Below are positions 9,359 to 18,394 of a stretch of DNA of 34,048 nt, in pieces. The notes beneath the pieces are model-generated. The model made no database searches. It had not been told where the DNA came from and saw nothing but the letters and a program-made list of their open reading frames with translations. The stretch comes from an uncultured Desulfovibrio sp. GTDB lineage: Bacteria > Desulfobacterota > Desulfovibrionia > Desulfovibrionales > Desulfovibrionaceae. The stretch covers positions 1 through 34,048 of the forward strand of contig CAMWTD010000001.1 in the NCBI GenBank assembly GCA_947177085.1. Direction: 5' to 3'. A program made the translations under genes and the position numbers. Position 1 is the stretch's first letter, and each line of letters opens with the position of its first letter.

Positions 9359-10594
9359 CTACCTCCCTTTCACCGTTTGCACCGCCTTCAGGGCGGCGGC
9401 TGTGCCGGACTGGGCCGAGCGCGTCACGTCAAGGGGCATGCGCGCGCAGCCGCAGGCGAAGATGCCCGCCTTCTCGCCGCCGGCCACGAAGCCGTCCTCG
9501 TCCAGCGGGAGCGGCAGGGGCAGATCCTGCCCGGCGAGGGAAGGCTGCATGCCGGTCGCCAGAACGGCGAGGTCAAAGTCGAGGGAAAGTTTTTCGCCGC
9601 GGATGGCGTCCTCACAGGTGAGGCGCACGCGGTCGCCCTCGATGGCCTGCGCTTCCGCCACCTTGCCCTTGATGAAGGTCACGTTGGGGAGCGCCTGCAC
9701 CTTTTCCAGCACCTTCACATAGCGGCCGGGCGCGCGCAGGTCGATGTAGAACACCGTGATGCGGGTATTGGGCGACTGCTCGGCGAGGTAGAGGCACTGC
9801 TTGAAGGTGGCCATGCAGCAGATATAGGAGCAGTAGCCGAGATGGTTCTGGTCGCGCGAGCCGGCGCACTGCACAAAGCCCACGGAAAGCGGGGCGCGGC
9901 CGTCGGAGGGGCGCACGATTTTTCCGCCCGTGGGCCCGAAGGAGGAGGCGAGGCGCTCCATCTGCATGTTGCTGATGCAGTTGGCGATGTCGCCGCCGCC
10001 GAGATTGACGAGATTGCGCATGGCATAGGGCCGCCAGCCCGTGGCCACGATGATGGCCCCCACGGAAAGCTCGATCTCGCGCGGTCCCTCGTTGATCTCA
10101 AGAAAGCGGTTGCCCGCCACGCGCGCGGCGTCCGCGCGGGTGAGGGTGTCGGGGTCGAGCACCCAGCGGGCCGGGTAAGCGAAGGGCATGGCCTTGTAGA
10201 GCGCCTTGCGCGAGGACAGGCCCAGGTTGAACTCGCTCTTGGTCTCGCCGTCGAGGGTCTGGGCGAGCAGGCTGAAGTCCACGTTATGCGCGGCCGTGTG
10301 CCGGGGCGACAGGCGCACCCGGGCCGTGTAGTCGCCCTTCTTGCCGGCAAGGCCCACCACCTCGGCGAGTGTCAGGCAGGTGATGCGCGGGTTCTTCCTG
10401 ATGCGCTGGAACTGGATCTCCAGACCGCAGGAGGGCGGACAAAGTTTGGGGAAATACTTGCTGAGCTGGGCCACCCGGCCGCCGAGCCAGGGCGATTTTT
10501 CCACGAGAAAGACGTCGTGGCCCAGTTCCGCCGCTTCGAGGGCGGCGGTAAGGCCCGAAAAGCCCCCGCCCACGACGAGTATGGCGTTGGACAT
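9359..10594 (-). CDS. qmoA: QmoA (HdrA-like flavoprotein)
   Basis: GGGFSG, 'KYFPKLCPPSCG', 'QCAGSRD...YCSYICC'; directly after aprA. Confidence 0.95.
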   Translation of the reverse strand: MSNAILVVGGGFSGLTAALEAAELGHDVFLVEKSPWLGGRVAQLSKYFPKLCPPSCGLEIQFQRIRKNPRITCLTLAEVVGLAGKKGDYTARVRLSPRHTAAHNVDFSLLAQTLDGETKSEFNLGLSSRKALYKAMPFAYPARWVLDPDTLTRADAARVAGNRFLEINEGPREIELSVGAIIVATGWRPYAMRNLVNLGGGDIANCISNMQMERLASSFGPTGGKIVRPSDGRAPLSVGFVQCAGSRDQNHLGYCSYICCMATFKQCLYLAEQSPNTRITVFYIDLRAPGRYVKVLEKVQALPNVTFIKGKVAEAQAIEGDRVRLTCEDAIRGEKLSLDFDLAVLATGMQPSLAGQDLPLPLPLDEDGFVAGGEKAGIFACGCARMPLDVTRSAQSGTAAALKAVQTVKGR

Positions 10595-10670
10595 CCTGGA
10601 GATCCTCCTGCGTTGCGCGGCGCACGTATTGCGGGCTCCGCCGCGGGAACTGCCCCGGAGGCCGGAGCGG

Positions 10671-10701
10671 ATGAAAGGAGGGCGGCGCGCTGCCGCCCTC
10701 C
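10671..10701 (-). terminator. Hairpin (weak terminator or mRNA stabiliser) between aprA and qmoA
   Basis: GGAGGGCGGC (10677-10686) / GCCGCCCTCC (10692-10701), followed on the minus strand by TTTCAT. Confidence 0.55.
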
Positions 10702-10725
10702 CCGATGGCGTGATGCGGTTTTTCC

Positions 10726-12714
10726 CTAGTCAGGGATGATCTGGATATAGGGCTTCTTGTAGAAGGTGGTCACCCCGGTGGTGGGATCGAACTTCGAGTT
10801 CACGAAGCACTTCCACTTGCTGTCGTCGAGGGGCATGAAGTCCGCACGGTAGTAGAAGCCCGGGTAACGGGTTTCTTCGCGGAAGGCGATGTGCTGCATG
10901 TGCAGGCGCACGGTCCACAGGCGGTGGTAGTTCTCCCAGCAGCGGAGAAGCTCGTGCAGGTCGCGGGCGGCCAGCTTGGCGGAGTCCACTTCCAGCATGT
11001 CGAGCAGGTGGAAGCCCGTCTTGAGCATGGCGTCGGACGTCATGTAGTAGGTGGCGACGCCGCCGCCGTATTCGTCCGTGTGCTTGATGAGCCGCATCAT
11101 GAAGTTCTTGGGCGCGATGTAGCTCGGGTTGACCACGGGGTCGGTGGAAACGCCCTTGCCGGCCTGGAAGTTGTCATAGGGACGGTAGACGAGCTTGCGC
11201 AGCTCCTCGTCCGTCTCCTTGATGGTGGGCTGGAAGTCCTTGTGGTCCACGCAGTAGCGCACCATCTGCTTGCCGGCGATGCGGCCCTCGGCGTGCGAGC
11301 CGGAGGAGAACTTGTGGCCGGAGGCGCCCACGCCGTCGGCGCAGGTGAACAGGCCCTCGACGGTGGTCATGCGGTTGTAGACCTTGCCGTTGCTGGCGCG
11401 GACCTTGTATTCCTCGGGAACCCAGTCCTCGTCCGGGCCGGACACCCAGATGCCGCAGCAGCCGGAGTGCGAGCCGAGCAGATAGGGCTCGGTGGGCATG
11501 ATCTCGGAGCCGCGCTCCTCGGGCAGCGTGTCGGTGCAGGCCCACAGGTTGGCCTGGCCCACGCACATGTCGAGGAAGTCTTCCCAGGCCTCGCTCTCAA
11601 GGTCCTTCTGCTGCTCTTCGTTGAGGGTGGCGAAGGTGGTGTTGAGGGCGGTCTTGGTGTCCATGTAGATGGGGCCGCGGCCTTCGCGCATTTCGCGCAG
11701 CATCATGTGGTTGCGCAGGCACGTGGGGATGACGTTGCCCTTGGCGTAGCCGCGGTCCTCATAGGGCTTGAGCATGGCCTTGTTGGTCACGCAGTAGTCC
11801 TGCCCCAGGGAGTTGGTGGCCTTCGCCTTGAAGAGCAGGAACCACGCGCCCACCGGGCCGTAGCCGTCCTTGAAGCGGGCGGGCACGAAGCGGTTTTCCA
11901 TCATGGTCATCTCGGCGCCGACCTGGGCGCAGAGCGCATAGGTGGAACCGGCGTTCCACACCGGGTACCAGGCGCGGCCCATGCCCTCGCCCATGGAGCG
12001 GGGACGGTACACGTTGACCGCGCCGCCCGCGCCCACCATGATGGTGTTGGCGCGGAAGATGTGCACCTCGTTGGCGCGCAGGTTGAAGCCCACGGCGCCG
12101 GCGATGCGGTTGGGCACGTTCTTGTCGAGCAAAAGCTTGACGATGAACATGCGCTCCATGATGCGGTCCTCGCCGAGGGCGTTCTTGGCGGCCTCGGCCA
12201 CGATGCACTTGTAGGACTCGCCGTTGATCATGATCTGCCAGCGGCCGGAGCGCACGGGCTTGTCGCCCTTGGCGAGGCTCATGCCCTTGGCCTTGGCCTG
12301 GGCGCCGTTGAGGTTGTGGCCGTCGGGCCCCTTGATCCAGCAGGGCAGGCCCCATTCCTCGAAGAGCAGCACGCTGTCGTCCACGTGGCGGCCCACGTCA
12401 TAGATGAGGTCCTCGCGCACGATGCCCATGAGGTCGGTGCGGACCATGCGGACATAGTCGTCCGGAGTGTTGTCGCCAAGATAGGTGTTGATGGCGGAAA
12501 GGCCCTGGGCCACGGCGCCGGAGCGCTCGAGGGCGGCCTTGTCGCAGAGCAGGATCTTGAGGCCATGCTTGTCGCCCCAGCGGACAGCCTCGTAGGCCAC
12601 GCCGCAAGCGCCCATGCCGCCGCCCACGATGAGCACGTCCACATCGTGCGTTTTGACGCTGGGTTCGGAAATCGGTACGCCCTTGGCGGGTTCGTTAACA
12701 GGAATCGTCGGCAT
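10726..12714 (-). CDS. aprA: Adenylylsulfate (APS) reductase alpha subunit
   Basis: 'RSGAVAQGLSAINTY', 'WQIMINGESYK', 'FVPARFKDGYGPVGAWF', 'GHKFSSGSHAEG'. Confidence 0.99.
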   Translation of the reverse strand: MPTIPVNEPAKGVPISEPSVKTHDVDVLIVGGGMGACGVAYEAVRWGDKHGLKILLCDKAALERSGAVAQGLSAINTYLGDNTPDDYVRMVRTDLMGIVREDLIYDVGRHVDDSVLLFEEWGLPCWIKGPDGHNLNGAQAKAKGMSLAKGDKPVRSGRWQIMINGESYKCIVAEAAKNALGEDRIMERMFIVKLLLDKNVPNRIAGAVGFNLRANEVHIFRANTIMVGAGGAVNVYRPRSMGEGMGRAWYPVWNAGSTYALCAQVGAEMTMMENRFVPARFKDGYGPVGAWFLLFKAKATNSLGQDYCVTNKAMLKPYEDRGYAKGNVIPTCLRNHMMLREMREGRGPIYMDTKTALNTTFATLNEEQQKDLESEAWEDFLDMCVGQANLWACTDTLPEERGSEIMPTEPYLLGSHSGCCGIWVSGPDEDWVPEEYKVRASNGKVYNRMTTVEGLFTCADGVGASGHKFSSGSHAEGRIAGKQMVRYCVDHKDFQPTIKETDEELRKLVYRPYDNFQAGKGVSTDPVVNPSYIAPKNFMMRLIKHTDEYGGGVATYYMTSDAMLKTGFHLLDMLEVDSAKLAARDLHELLRCWENYHRLWTVRLHMQHIAFREETRYPGFYYRADFMPLDDSKWKCFVNSKFDPTTGVTTFYKKPYIQIIPD

Positions 12715-12743
12715 CTTCGTATTCTCCTTCTCGCGTGCGCGGC

Positions 12744-13232
12744 TTAGTTGCTGTGGGCGATGACGGTCGCGGTCTTGTCGGCTTCCTGGACCTCAAACTT
12801 CTTCTTGATGGGGTCCTTGGGCGTGGGGAGCTTGGTCTCGGTGAAGAGGCATTCGTCGTCCAGGTTGGCCCCCTCGGGCTTGCCCTCGTAGGGCTTGATG
12901 GAGCCTTCCGGCGTGGTGCGGATGGGGAACTTGAAGCGCTTGACGGTGCCGTTGCGGAACTGCACGGTCCACATGATGGAGTCGGCCGAACGCAGGGGAA
13001 TACAGACGCCGCCCATGGGGCAGAAGTCGGCGTACGGGCGGGCGGAGATGGCGCCCTGCGGGCAGATCTTCACGCAGGAATAGCACTCCCAGCAGGCATC
13101 CGGCTCCTGGTTGTAGGCCCGCATGGCCTCGGGGTCGAGGATCATGAGGTCGTTGGGGCAGATGTACATGCAGGCGGTCTTTTCGCCACCCTTGCAGCCG
13201 TCGCATTTGGACGGATCGACAAACGTCGGCAT
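12744..13232 (-). CDS. aprB: Adenylylsulfate reductase beta subunit
   Basis: 'MPTFVDPSKCDGCKG..TACMYICP', 'CWECYSCVKICP', 'KRFKFPIRTTPEGSI'. Confidence 0.99.
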   Translation of the reverse strand: MPTFVDPSKCDGCKGGEKTACMYICPNDLMILDPEAMRAYNQEPDACWECYSCVKICPQGAISARPYADFCPMGGVCIPLRSADSIMWTVQFRNGTVKRFKFPIRTTPEGSIKPYEGKPEGANLDDECLFTETKLPTPKDPIKKKFEVQEADKTATVIAHSN

Positions 13233-13335
13233 ACGTGTCCTCCACTCGTAAGAAGTTATGCCGTGCTCATGCCGGGAACGATACGCCCCCCCGGGCGTCG
13301 GCCGCTTCCCGATGCGAAAACGAAGAGCGCATGGC

Positions 13336-13353
13336 TTGCGAAATTAGTAACAA
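13336..13353. promoter_or_regulatory. Putative Rex (NADH/NAD+ sensor) operator upstream of aprB
   Basis: TTGCGAA-ATTA-GTAACAA versus Rex consensus TTGTGAA-N4-TTCACAA (3 mismatches); overlaps the expected -10 position of a minus-strand TTGACG -35 at 13373-13368. Confidence 0.6.
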
Positions 13354-13493
13354 GGCGCGGCGCTTCGCGTCAAGCCCCCTTTGAAAAAATTCCCGGGTTC
13401 TTGAAAGCAATATCTTTGTATTCCTTAGGGTTAGTTTGGGAAAAAATATCGGCCGCCGTGGGCGCACCCGGAAACGCGGGCGCGTGGGCCCGC

Positions 13494-13528
13494 AAAAAAG
13501 CGCCCCGGGCCTTTGGGGCCCGGGGCGC
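13494..13528 (-). terminator. Rho-independent terminator after argD
   Basis: 12-bp perfect stem GCGCCCCGGGCC (13500-13511) / GGCCCGGGGCGC (13517-13528), then T6 on the minus strand. Confidence 0.85.
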
Positions 13529-13552
13529 GGTTGCGGCCGCAAGGGCCGGCCC

Positions 13553-14752
13553 TCAGCGCCCGGAAAGGATGTCCTCCAGCGTGATGGCAAAACTGTCGAG
13601 CTGCACTTCCTCGATGGTGAGCGCGGGCAAAAGGCGCAGGGTCTTGCCGTGCGAGAGGTTGCAGATGAAGCCCCGGCGCAGCAGCTCCTCCCACACGGGC
13701 TTGCCGTCCTCCACAAGCTCCACGCCGATCATCAGGCCCACGCCGCGCACCTCGCGGATCTTTTCCGGCAGGCGCTGTTGCAGGTCGCCAAGGCGCGCCA
13801 TGAGGGCTTGCCCGATCCTGCCCGCGCGGTCGGCGAGGCCGTCGCGCAGCATGATGTCCACGACCTTTGTCGCCACGGCGCTCGTCAGCGCGCCGCCGCC
13901 GAAGGTGGTGGCGTGGCTGCCTGCCTCGAAGCCGCGGGCCATTTCGTCCGTCGCCAGCATGGCCCCCATGGGCAGCCCATTGGCGAGGGACTTGGCCACG
14001 CTGATGGCGTCCGGCGTGAGGCCCGCGTGCTGGAAGGCCCAGAATTTGCCCGTGCGCCCCATGCCGCACTGCACCTCGTCGCAGAGGAAGAGCGCCCCGC
14101 GCTTGCGGCACAGGGCCTCCACGCCGCGCAAATAGTCGTGCGGCAGCGGCACGACGCCGCCCTCGCCCTGCACGCATTCCACAAGCACGGCGGCCGTGGC
14201 CGGCCCCATGGCCGCGACGAGGGCGTCAAGGTCGCGCGGGGGGACCTGCCGGAAGCCTTCGGGCAGCGGCGTGAAGCCGTCGGAAAGGCTCTCGCGGCCC
14301 GTGGCGGCGAGCGCGCCCAGGGTGCGGCCGTGGAAGCAGCCCTCGAGAGTGATGATCTCGTAGGCGTCGCGCTTTTGCACCTTGCGCATGTAGCGCCGGG
14401 CAAGCTTGATGCAGGCCTCGTTGGCCTCCGCCCCGGAATTGCAGAAAAAGGCCTTGCTGTGGTGCGTGGTCGAGAGCAGGCGCTGGGCGAGGTCGAGCTG
14501 CTCCTGCTGGTAGAAGAGGTTGCTCACGTGCCAGAGCTTGCGGGCCTGCGCCTCCAGGGCTGCGTTGACCTCGGGATTGCAGTGACCGAGGCCCACCACG
14601 GCGATGCCCGCCAGAAGGTCCGTATATTCCTTCCCGTCCACATCCCAGAGGCGGGAGCCCTCGCCGCGCGCGATGGCCAGCGGGTAGCGGCTGTAGGAGC
14701 GGCAGAGCAGGCGCTCTTCCTCTTCCCGGATGGCGTCAAAGGCGTGCGACAT
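13553..14752 (-). CDS. argD: Acetylornithine aminotransferase (class III PLP)
   Basis: 'NSGAEANE', 'FHGRT', 'VQGEGG', 'DEVQCGMGRTG', 'AKSLANG', 'HATTFGG'. Confidence 0.9.
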   Translation of the reverse strand: MSHAFDAIREEEERLLCRSYSRYPLAIARGEGSRLWDVDGKEYTDLLAGIAVVGLGHCNPEVNAALEAQARKLWHVSNLFYQQEQLDLAQRLLSTTHHSKAFFCNSGAEANEACIKLARRYMRKVQKRDAYEIITLEGCFHGRTLGALAATGRESLSDGFTPLPEGFRQVPPRDLDALVAAMGPATAAVLVECVQGEGGVVPLPHDYLRGVEALCRKRGALFLCDEVQCGMGRTGKFWAFQHAGLTPDAISVAKSLANGLPMGAMLATDEMARGFEAGSHATTFGGGALTSAVATKVVDIMLRDGLADRAGRIGQALMARLGDLQQRLPEKIREVRGVGLMIGVELVEDGKPVWEELLRRGFICNLSHGKTLRLLPALTIEEVQLDSFAITLEDILSGR

Positions 14753-14810
14753 GGTGGAACTCCTTTGCGGCGGGGCCGCCGCGTGCTGGGGGGACTGTGG
14801 AGAGAAAGGA

Positions 14811-15314
14811 CTAGCGGCCGGTGTGCCCGAAACCGCCCGCGCCGCGCTGGGTGGGGTCGAGTTCGGGCACTTCCTCCCACGCGGGAGGCCGGTAAGGCTG
14901 GAAAACGAGCTGGGCCACGCGCTCGCCGCGCCTGAGCAGGCGCTCCTCCCCGGAGGTATTTAAGAGGAAGACGCGGATCTCGCCCGTATAGTCCGGGTCG
15001 ATGAGGCCCACGCCCTGCGCCACGGTGAGCCCGTCGCGCGCGCCGAGGCCGCTGCGGGAATAGACAAAGCCCGCCCAGCCCGGCACGGCCGGCTGGACGC
15101 TTATGCCCGTGGGCACGGCGAGACGGCCGCCAGCCGGGATGCGCGCTTCCGGCGCGTCCAGACAGGCGCGCAGGTCCACGCCGGCGGAACGGGGCGTGGC
15201 CGGAGCGGGCAGGCCGCCGCCCGCGGCATAGAGTTCGCGGGCGCCGGGGCGCGTGAAGGCGATGCGGACGGCGAGGCCCGGGACGTCCGCCGAGGGGCCG
15301 GAAGTATCGTTCAT
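14811..15314 (-). CDS. dut: dUTP diphosphatase
   Basis: All five dUTPase motifs (SAGVDL, SRSGL, GLIDPDYTGE, ERVAQL, RGAGGFGHTG); start re-called at MNDTSG (ATG 15314). Confidence 0.93.
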   Translation of the reverse strand: MNDTSGPSADVPGLAVRIAFTRPGARELYAAGGGLPAPATPRSAGVDLRACLDAPEARIPAGGRLAVPTGISVQPAVPGWAGFVYSRSGLGARDGLTVAQGVGLIDPDYTGEIRVFLLNTSGEERLLRRGERVAQLVFQPYRPPAWEEVPELDPTQRGAGGFGHTGR

Positions 15315-15455
15315 GCCGCCTTGTAGCGCAGGCCCCGCGCGACTGCAAGGGGAAGCCGCGCCTGCTCTCGGCCGGCCCTCTTTGCCCGCCCTTTGGCATT
15401 GACCGGCCGCCGGGCCCGGGCGTATGGAATGGGGCAAAACTCACGAGGACTCCGC

Positions 15456-16304
15456 ATGACCGCATCCACGCTTGCAGAAGCGCCGCTGCCCGAAAACCTC
15501 TATGGCGTCATCGGCTGGCCGCTCGGCCAGAGCCTCTCGCCGCTTGTCCACAACACGGGCTTCCGCGCCCTGGGCATCCCGGCGGTCTACTTGCGCTGGG
15601 AGATCCCGCCCGAGCGCCTCGACGTTTTTCTGGAGGCCGTGCGCCTGCTCGACATCCGGGGCTGCTCCGTGACCATCCCGCACAAGCAGGCCGTCATGCC
15701 CTTTCTGGACGTGGTGAGCGAGGCCGCCACCCTGGCCGGGGCCGCCAATACGCTCTTCTGGAAGGAGGACGCCCTCTGCGGCGACAATACCGATGTGGCC
15801 GGCTTTCTCGCGCCGCTGGAATCCGTGCCGCTGGAGCGCATGGACGCGCTTTTGCTGGGCGCCGGCGGCGCGGCCCATGCCGTTGCGGCGGCCCTGCGCC
15901 TGCGGGGCTGCCGGCAGGTGCGCGTGTGTACGCCGGGGAACAAGCGCCATCTGTCGCTCGCCGAGCGCTTCGGCTTCACGCCCGTGGCCTGGGAGGAGCG
16001 CTACGCCGCGCCAGCGGGCCTTGTCATCAACGCCACGCCGCTCGGGATGCACGGGAAGCACGAGGGCGAGACGCCCTATGATTTTGCTCTGGCCCCGCGG
16101 GTCGCGGGCGGCATCGCCTACGACATCGTGTACAACCCGGCCGAGACGCGCTTTTTGCGCGAAGCCAGGGCCGCGGGGCGGCGCTGCATCGACGGCGTCG
16201 CCATGTTTTTCGGCCAGGCCGACGCGCAGTTTCGCATCTGGACGGGGCGGCGGCTCCCGGAAGCGGCGCGCGAAGCCCTCGTGACGGCGCTCAAGGCCCG
16301 CTGA
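15456..16304 (+). CDS. aroE: Shikimate dehydrogenase
   Basis: 'SLSP..HN', 'SVTIPHK', 'DNTD..GF', 'GAGGAA', 'NATPLGM', 'DIVYNP'; GAGGA RBS before ATG 15456. Confidence 0.92.
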   Translation: MTASTLAEAPLPENLYGVIGWPLGQSLSPLVHNTGFRALGIPAVYLRWEIPPERLDVFLEAVRLLDIRGCSVTIPHKQAVMPFLDVVSEAATLAGAANTLFWKEDALCGDNTDVAGFLAPLESVPLERMDALLLGAGGAAHAVAAALRLRGCRQVRVCTPGNKRHLSLAERFGFTPVAWEERYAAPAGLVINATPLGMHGKHEGETPYDFALAPRVAGGIAYDIVYNPAETRFLREARAAGRRCIDGVAMFFGQADAQFRIWTGRRLPEAAREALVTALKAR

Positions 16305-16321
16305 GGCGGAAGGAAAGACGC

Positions 16322-16759
16322 ATGAACATCCTTGTCCTGCACGGCGTCAATCTCAACATGTTCGGCAGGCGCGACCCGGCCCAGTACGGCACGGCCACCC
16401 TTGCCGACATCGACGCGGCCCTGGCCGCGCTCGCCGCGGAGCTCGGGGTGGGGCTTTCCACCTTCCAGACCAACCACGAGGGCGAAATGGTGGAGCGCAT
16501 CCACCAGGCCCTGGACGACGGCACGGCCGGGGTGGTCATCAACGCCGGCGCGTGGACGCACACGAGCCACGCCATCGCCGACGCCCTCGCCATCCTCACC
16601 GCGCCCGTGGTGGAGGTGCACATGTCCAACGTGCATGCGCGCGAGCCCTTCCGGCACGAGAGCGTGCTTGCGCGCGTCTCTGCGGGCAGCATCGCGGGCT
16701 TCGGCGTCATGAGCTACCTGCTCGGCCTGCGCGCCGCCGTGGCGCTTGCCCGGCGCTGA
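16322..16759 (+). CDS. aroQ: Type II 3-dehydroquinate dehydratase
   Basis: 'HGVNLNMFGRRDPAQYG', 'INAGAWTH', 'EVHMSNVHARE.FRH.S'. Confidence 0.95.
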   Translation: MNILVLHGVNLNMFGRRDPAQYGTATLADIDAALAALAAELGVGLSTFQTNHEGEMVERIHQALDDGTAGVVINAGAWTHTSHAIADALAILTAPVVEVHMSNVHAREPFRHESVLARVSAGSIAGFGVMSYLLGLRAAVALARR

Positions 16760-16892
16760 TGCCCGTTTTTGTCGCGGCAGTCCTTTGCGCGGGCGGGGGG
16801 CTGGATTTTCGTTTGTGCTTCCTGTACGCTTCCGGGAAACACGGTGTTTTGCCTTCCCGGTTGTTCAACCTGCGACCAGTACCGGAGTTGCC

Positions 16893-17477
16893 ATGATGAA
16901 TGCCATCTCCCTTGGCCGGATGCGCGACCCGGCCTTCACCCGCGAGGTGGAGGAGCGCAGCGGCCAGGACATCTCCACCTGCTACCAGTGCGGCAACTGC
17001 ACGGCTGGCTGCCCGGCGGGCTTCGTTTATGACCGCCAGGTCAACCAGATCATGCGCGGCGTCCAACTGGGCCTGAAAGAGCAGGTGCTCAAGTCAAATG
17101 CCGTCTGGTTCTGCCTCGGCTGCTCCATGTGCAGCCTGCGCTGCCCCAACAATATCGACGTGGCCCGCGTCATGGAGACCCTGCGCCACATGGCGCGCCA
17201 CGAGGGCGACGTGACCGTGCCCCGGGTGGAGAAGTTCTGGCTCTCCTTCCTCGATACGGTGCGCGCCTTCGGCCGCACCTGGGAGATCGGCACCATGGCG
17301 CTCTACATGTTCCGCTCGCTCAGGCTCACGACGGACCTTGACCTCGCGCCGGCGGCGCTCAAGCGGCACAAGCTGCCCTTTATCCCGAAGTGCGCGCCCG
17401 ACGAGGGCGCGGCCGCTGCCGGCCGCATCCTCGCGCGCTACAAGGAGCGGGCCAGGGCCAAGGGGGTGCGGCCATGA
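16893..17477 (+). CDS. hdrC: Heterodisulfide reductase-like subunit C
   Basis: CYQCGNCTAGCP and CLGCSMCSLRCP; GGAG RBS before ATG 16893 (an alternative ATG lies at 16896). Confidence 0.9.
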   Translation: MMNAISLGRMRDPAFTREVEERSGQDISTCYQCGNCTAGCPAGFVYDRQVNQIMRGVQLGLKEQVLKSNAVWFCLGCSMCSLRCPNNIDVARVMETLRHMARHEGDVTVPRVEKFWLSFLDTVRAFGRTWEIGTMALYMFRSLRLTTDLDLAPAALKRHKLPFIPKCAPDEGAAAAGRILARYKERARAKGVRP

Positions 17478-18394
17478 AGTTCGCCTACTATCCGGGCTGT
17501 TCGCAGGAAGGCTCGGCCCTCGACTACGGCAAGTCCACGGGCGCACTCTGCGCGGCGCTCGGCATCGAGCTCGCCGAGATCCCGGGCTGGAGCTGCTGCG
17601 GCTCCACGCCGGCCCACGCCGTGGACACCCAGCTTTCCGCCGCGCTCTGCGCGCGCAACCTCGATCTTGCGGCCAGGGAAGGGGCCGACCAGGTGGTCAC
17701 GCCCTGCCCGAGCTGTCTTTCCAACCTGCGCCTCGCGGCCGACCGCATGAAGGAGCCGGCCTTCCGCAAAGGCGTCAACGAGCTTCTGGACGCGCCCGCG
17801 GCCGAGGTTCTCCCCGAGAGCACCTCGGTCATGCAGCTTATCGGCCGCGTCTATGACGCGGACACTCTGGCGAGCCGGGTGAAAAACCCGCTTTCGGGCA
17901 TCAAGCTCGCGGCCTATTACGGCTGCCTCATGAGCCGCCCGGCGGACGTGATGCAGTTCGGCGACCCGGAAAACCCCACCCTCATGGAGACCCTGCTTTC
18001 CGCCTGCGGCGCGGAGATGGTGGAATTTCCGCTCAAGACGGTCTGCTGCGGCGCGTCCTTCGGCATTCCGGAGCGGCCGCTCACCGCGCGCAATTCCGGG
18101 CGCATCCTCGAACTCGCCACCCGGCTCGGCGTGGACGCCATCGCCGTGGCCTGTCCGCTCTGCCAGATGAACCTTGACTTGCGCCAGAAACAGGCGGCCA
18201 AGGCCGAGGACGCCCATTTCCACATGCCGGTGCTCTATTTCACCCAGCTCATGGGCCTCGCCATGGGCATCGCGCCCGAGCACCTCGGGCTGGACCAGCT
18301 CTGCGTGAGCGCCGGGCCCCTCCTGCGCAAGATGGACGCCGCGCGCGCGGCCCAAAGCGCCAAGGGCACGGAAGCCAAGGGAGGCAAGGCATGA
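17474..18394 (+). CDS. hdrB: Heterodisulfide reductase-like subunit B
   Basis: Two CCG domains: YYPGC...WSCCG...TPCPSC and YYGC...CCG...ACPLC; ATGA overlap with hdrC. Confidence 0.92.
   Translation: MKFAYYPGCSQEGSALDYGKSTGALCAALGIELAEIPGWSCCGSTPAHAVDTQLSAALCARNLDLAAREGADQVVTPCPSCLSNLRLAADRMKEPAFRKGVNELLDAPAAEVLPESTSVMQLIGRVYDADTLASRVKNPLSGIKLAAYYGCLMSRPADVMQFGDPENPTLMETLLSACGAEMVEFPLKTVCCGASFGIPERPLTARNSGRILELATRLGVDAIAVACPLCQMNLDLRQKQAAKAEDAHFHMPVLYFTQLMGLAMGIAPEHLGLDQLCVSAGPLLRKMDAARAAQSAKGTEAKGGKA

Noticed and set aside
10891-12747. 618-aa ORF antisense to aprA, and similar long antisense ORFs over qmoA, hdrA, tyrS and asnB
   Set aside because: They mirror well-supported genes codon for codon and lack motifs or an RBS.
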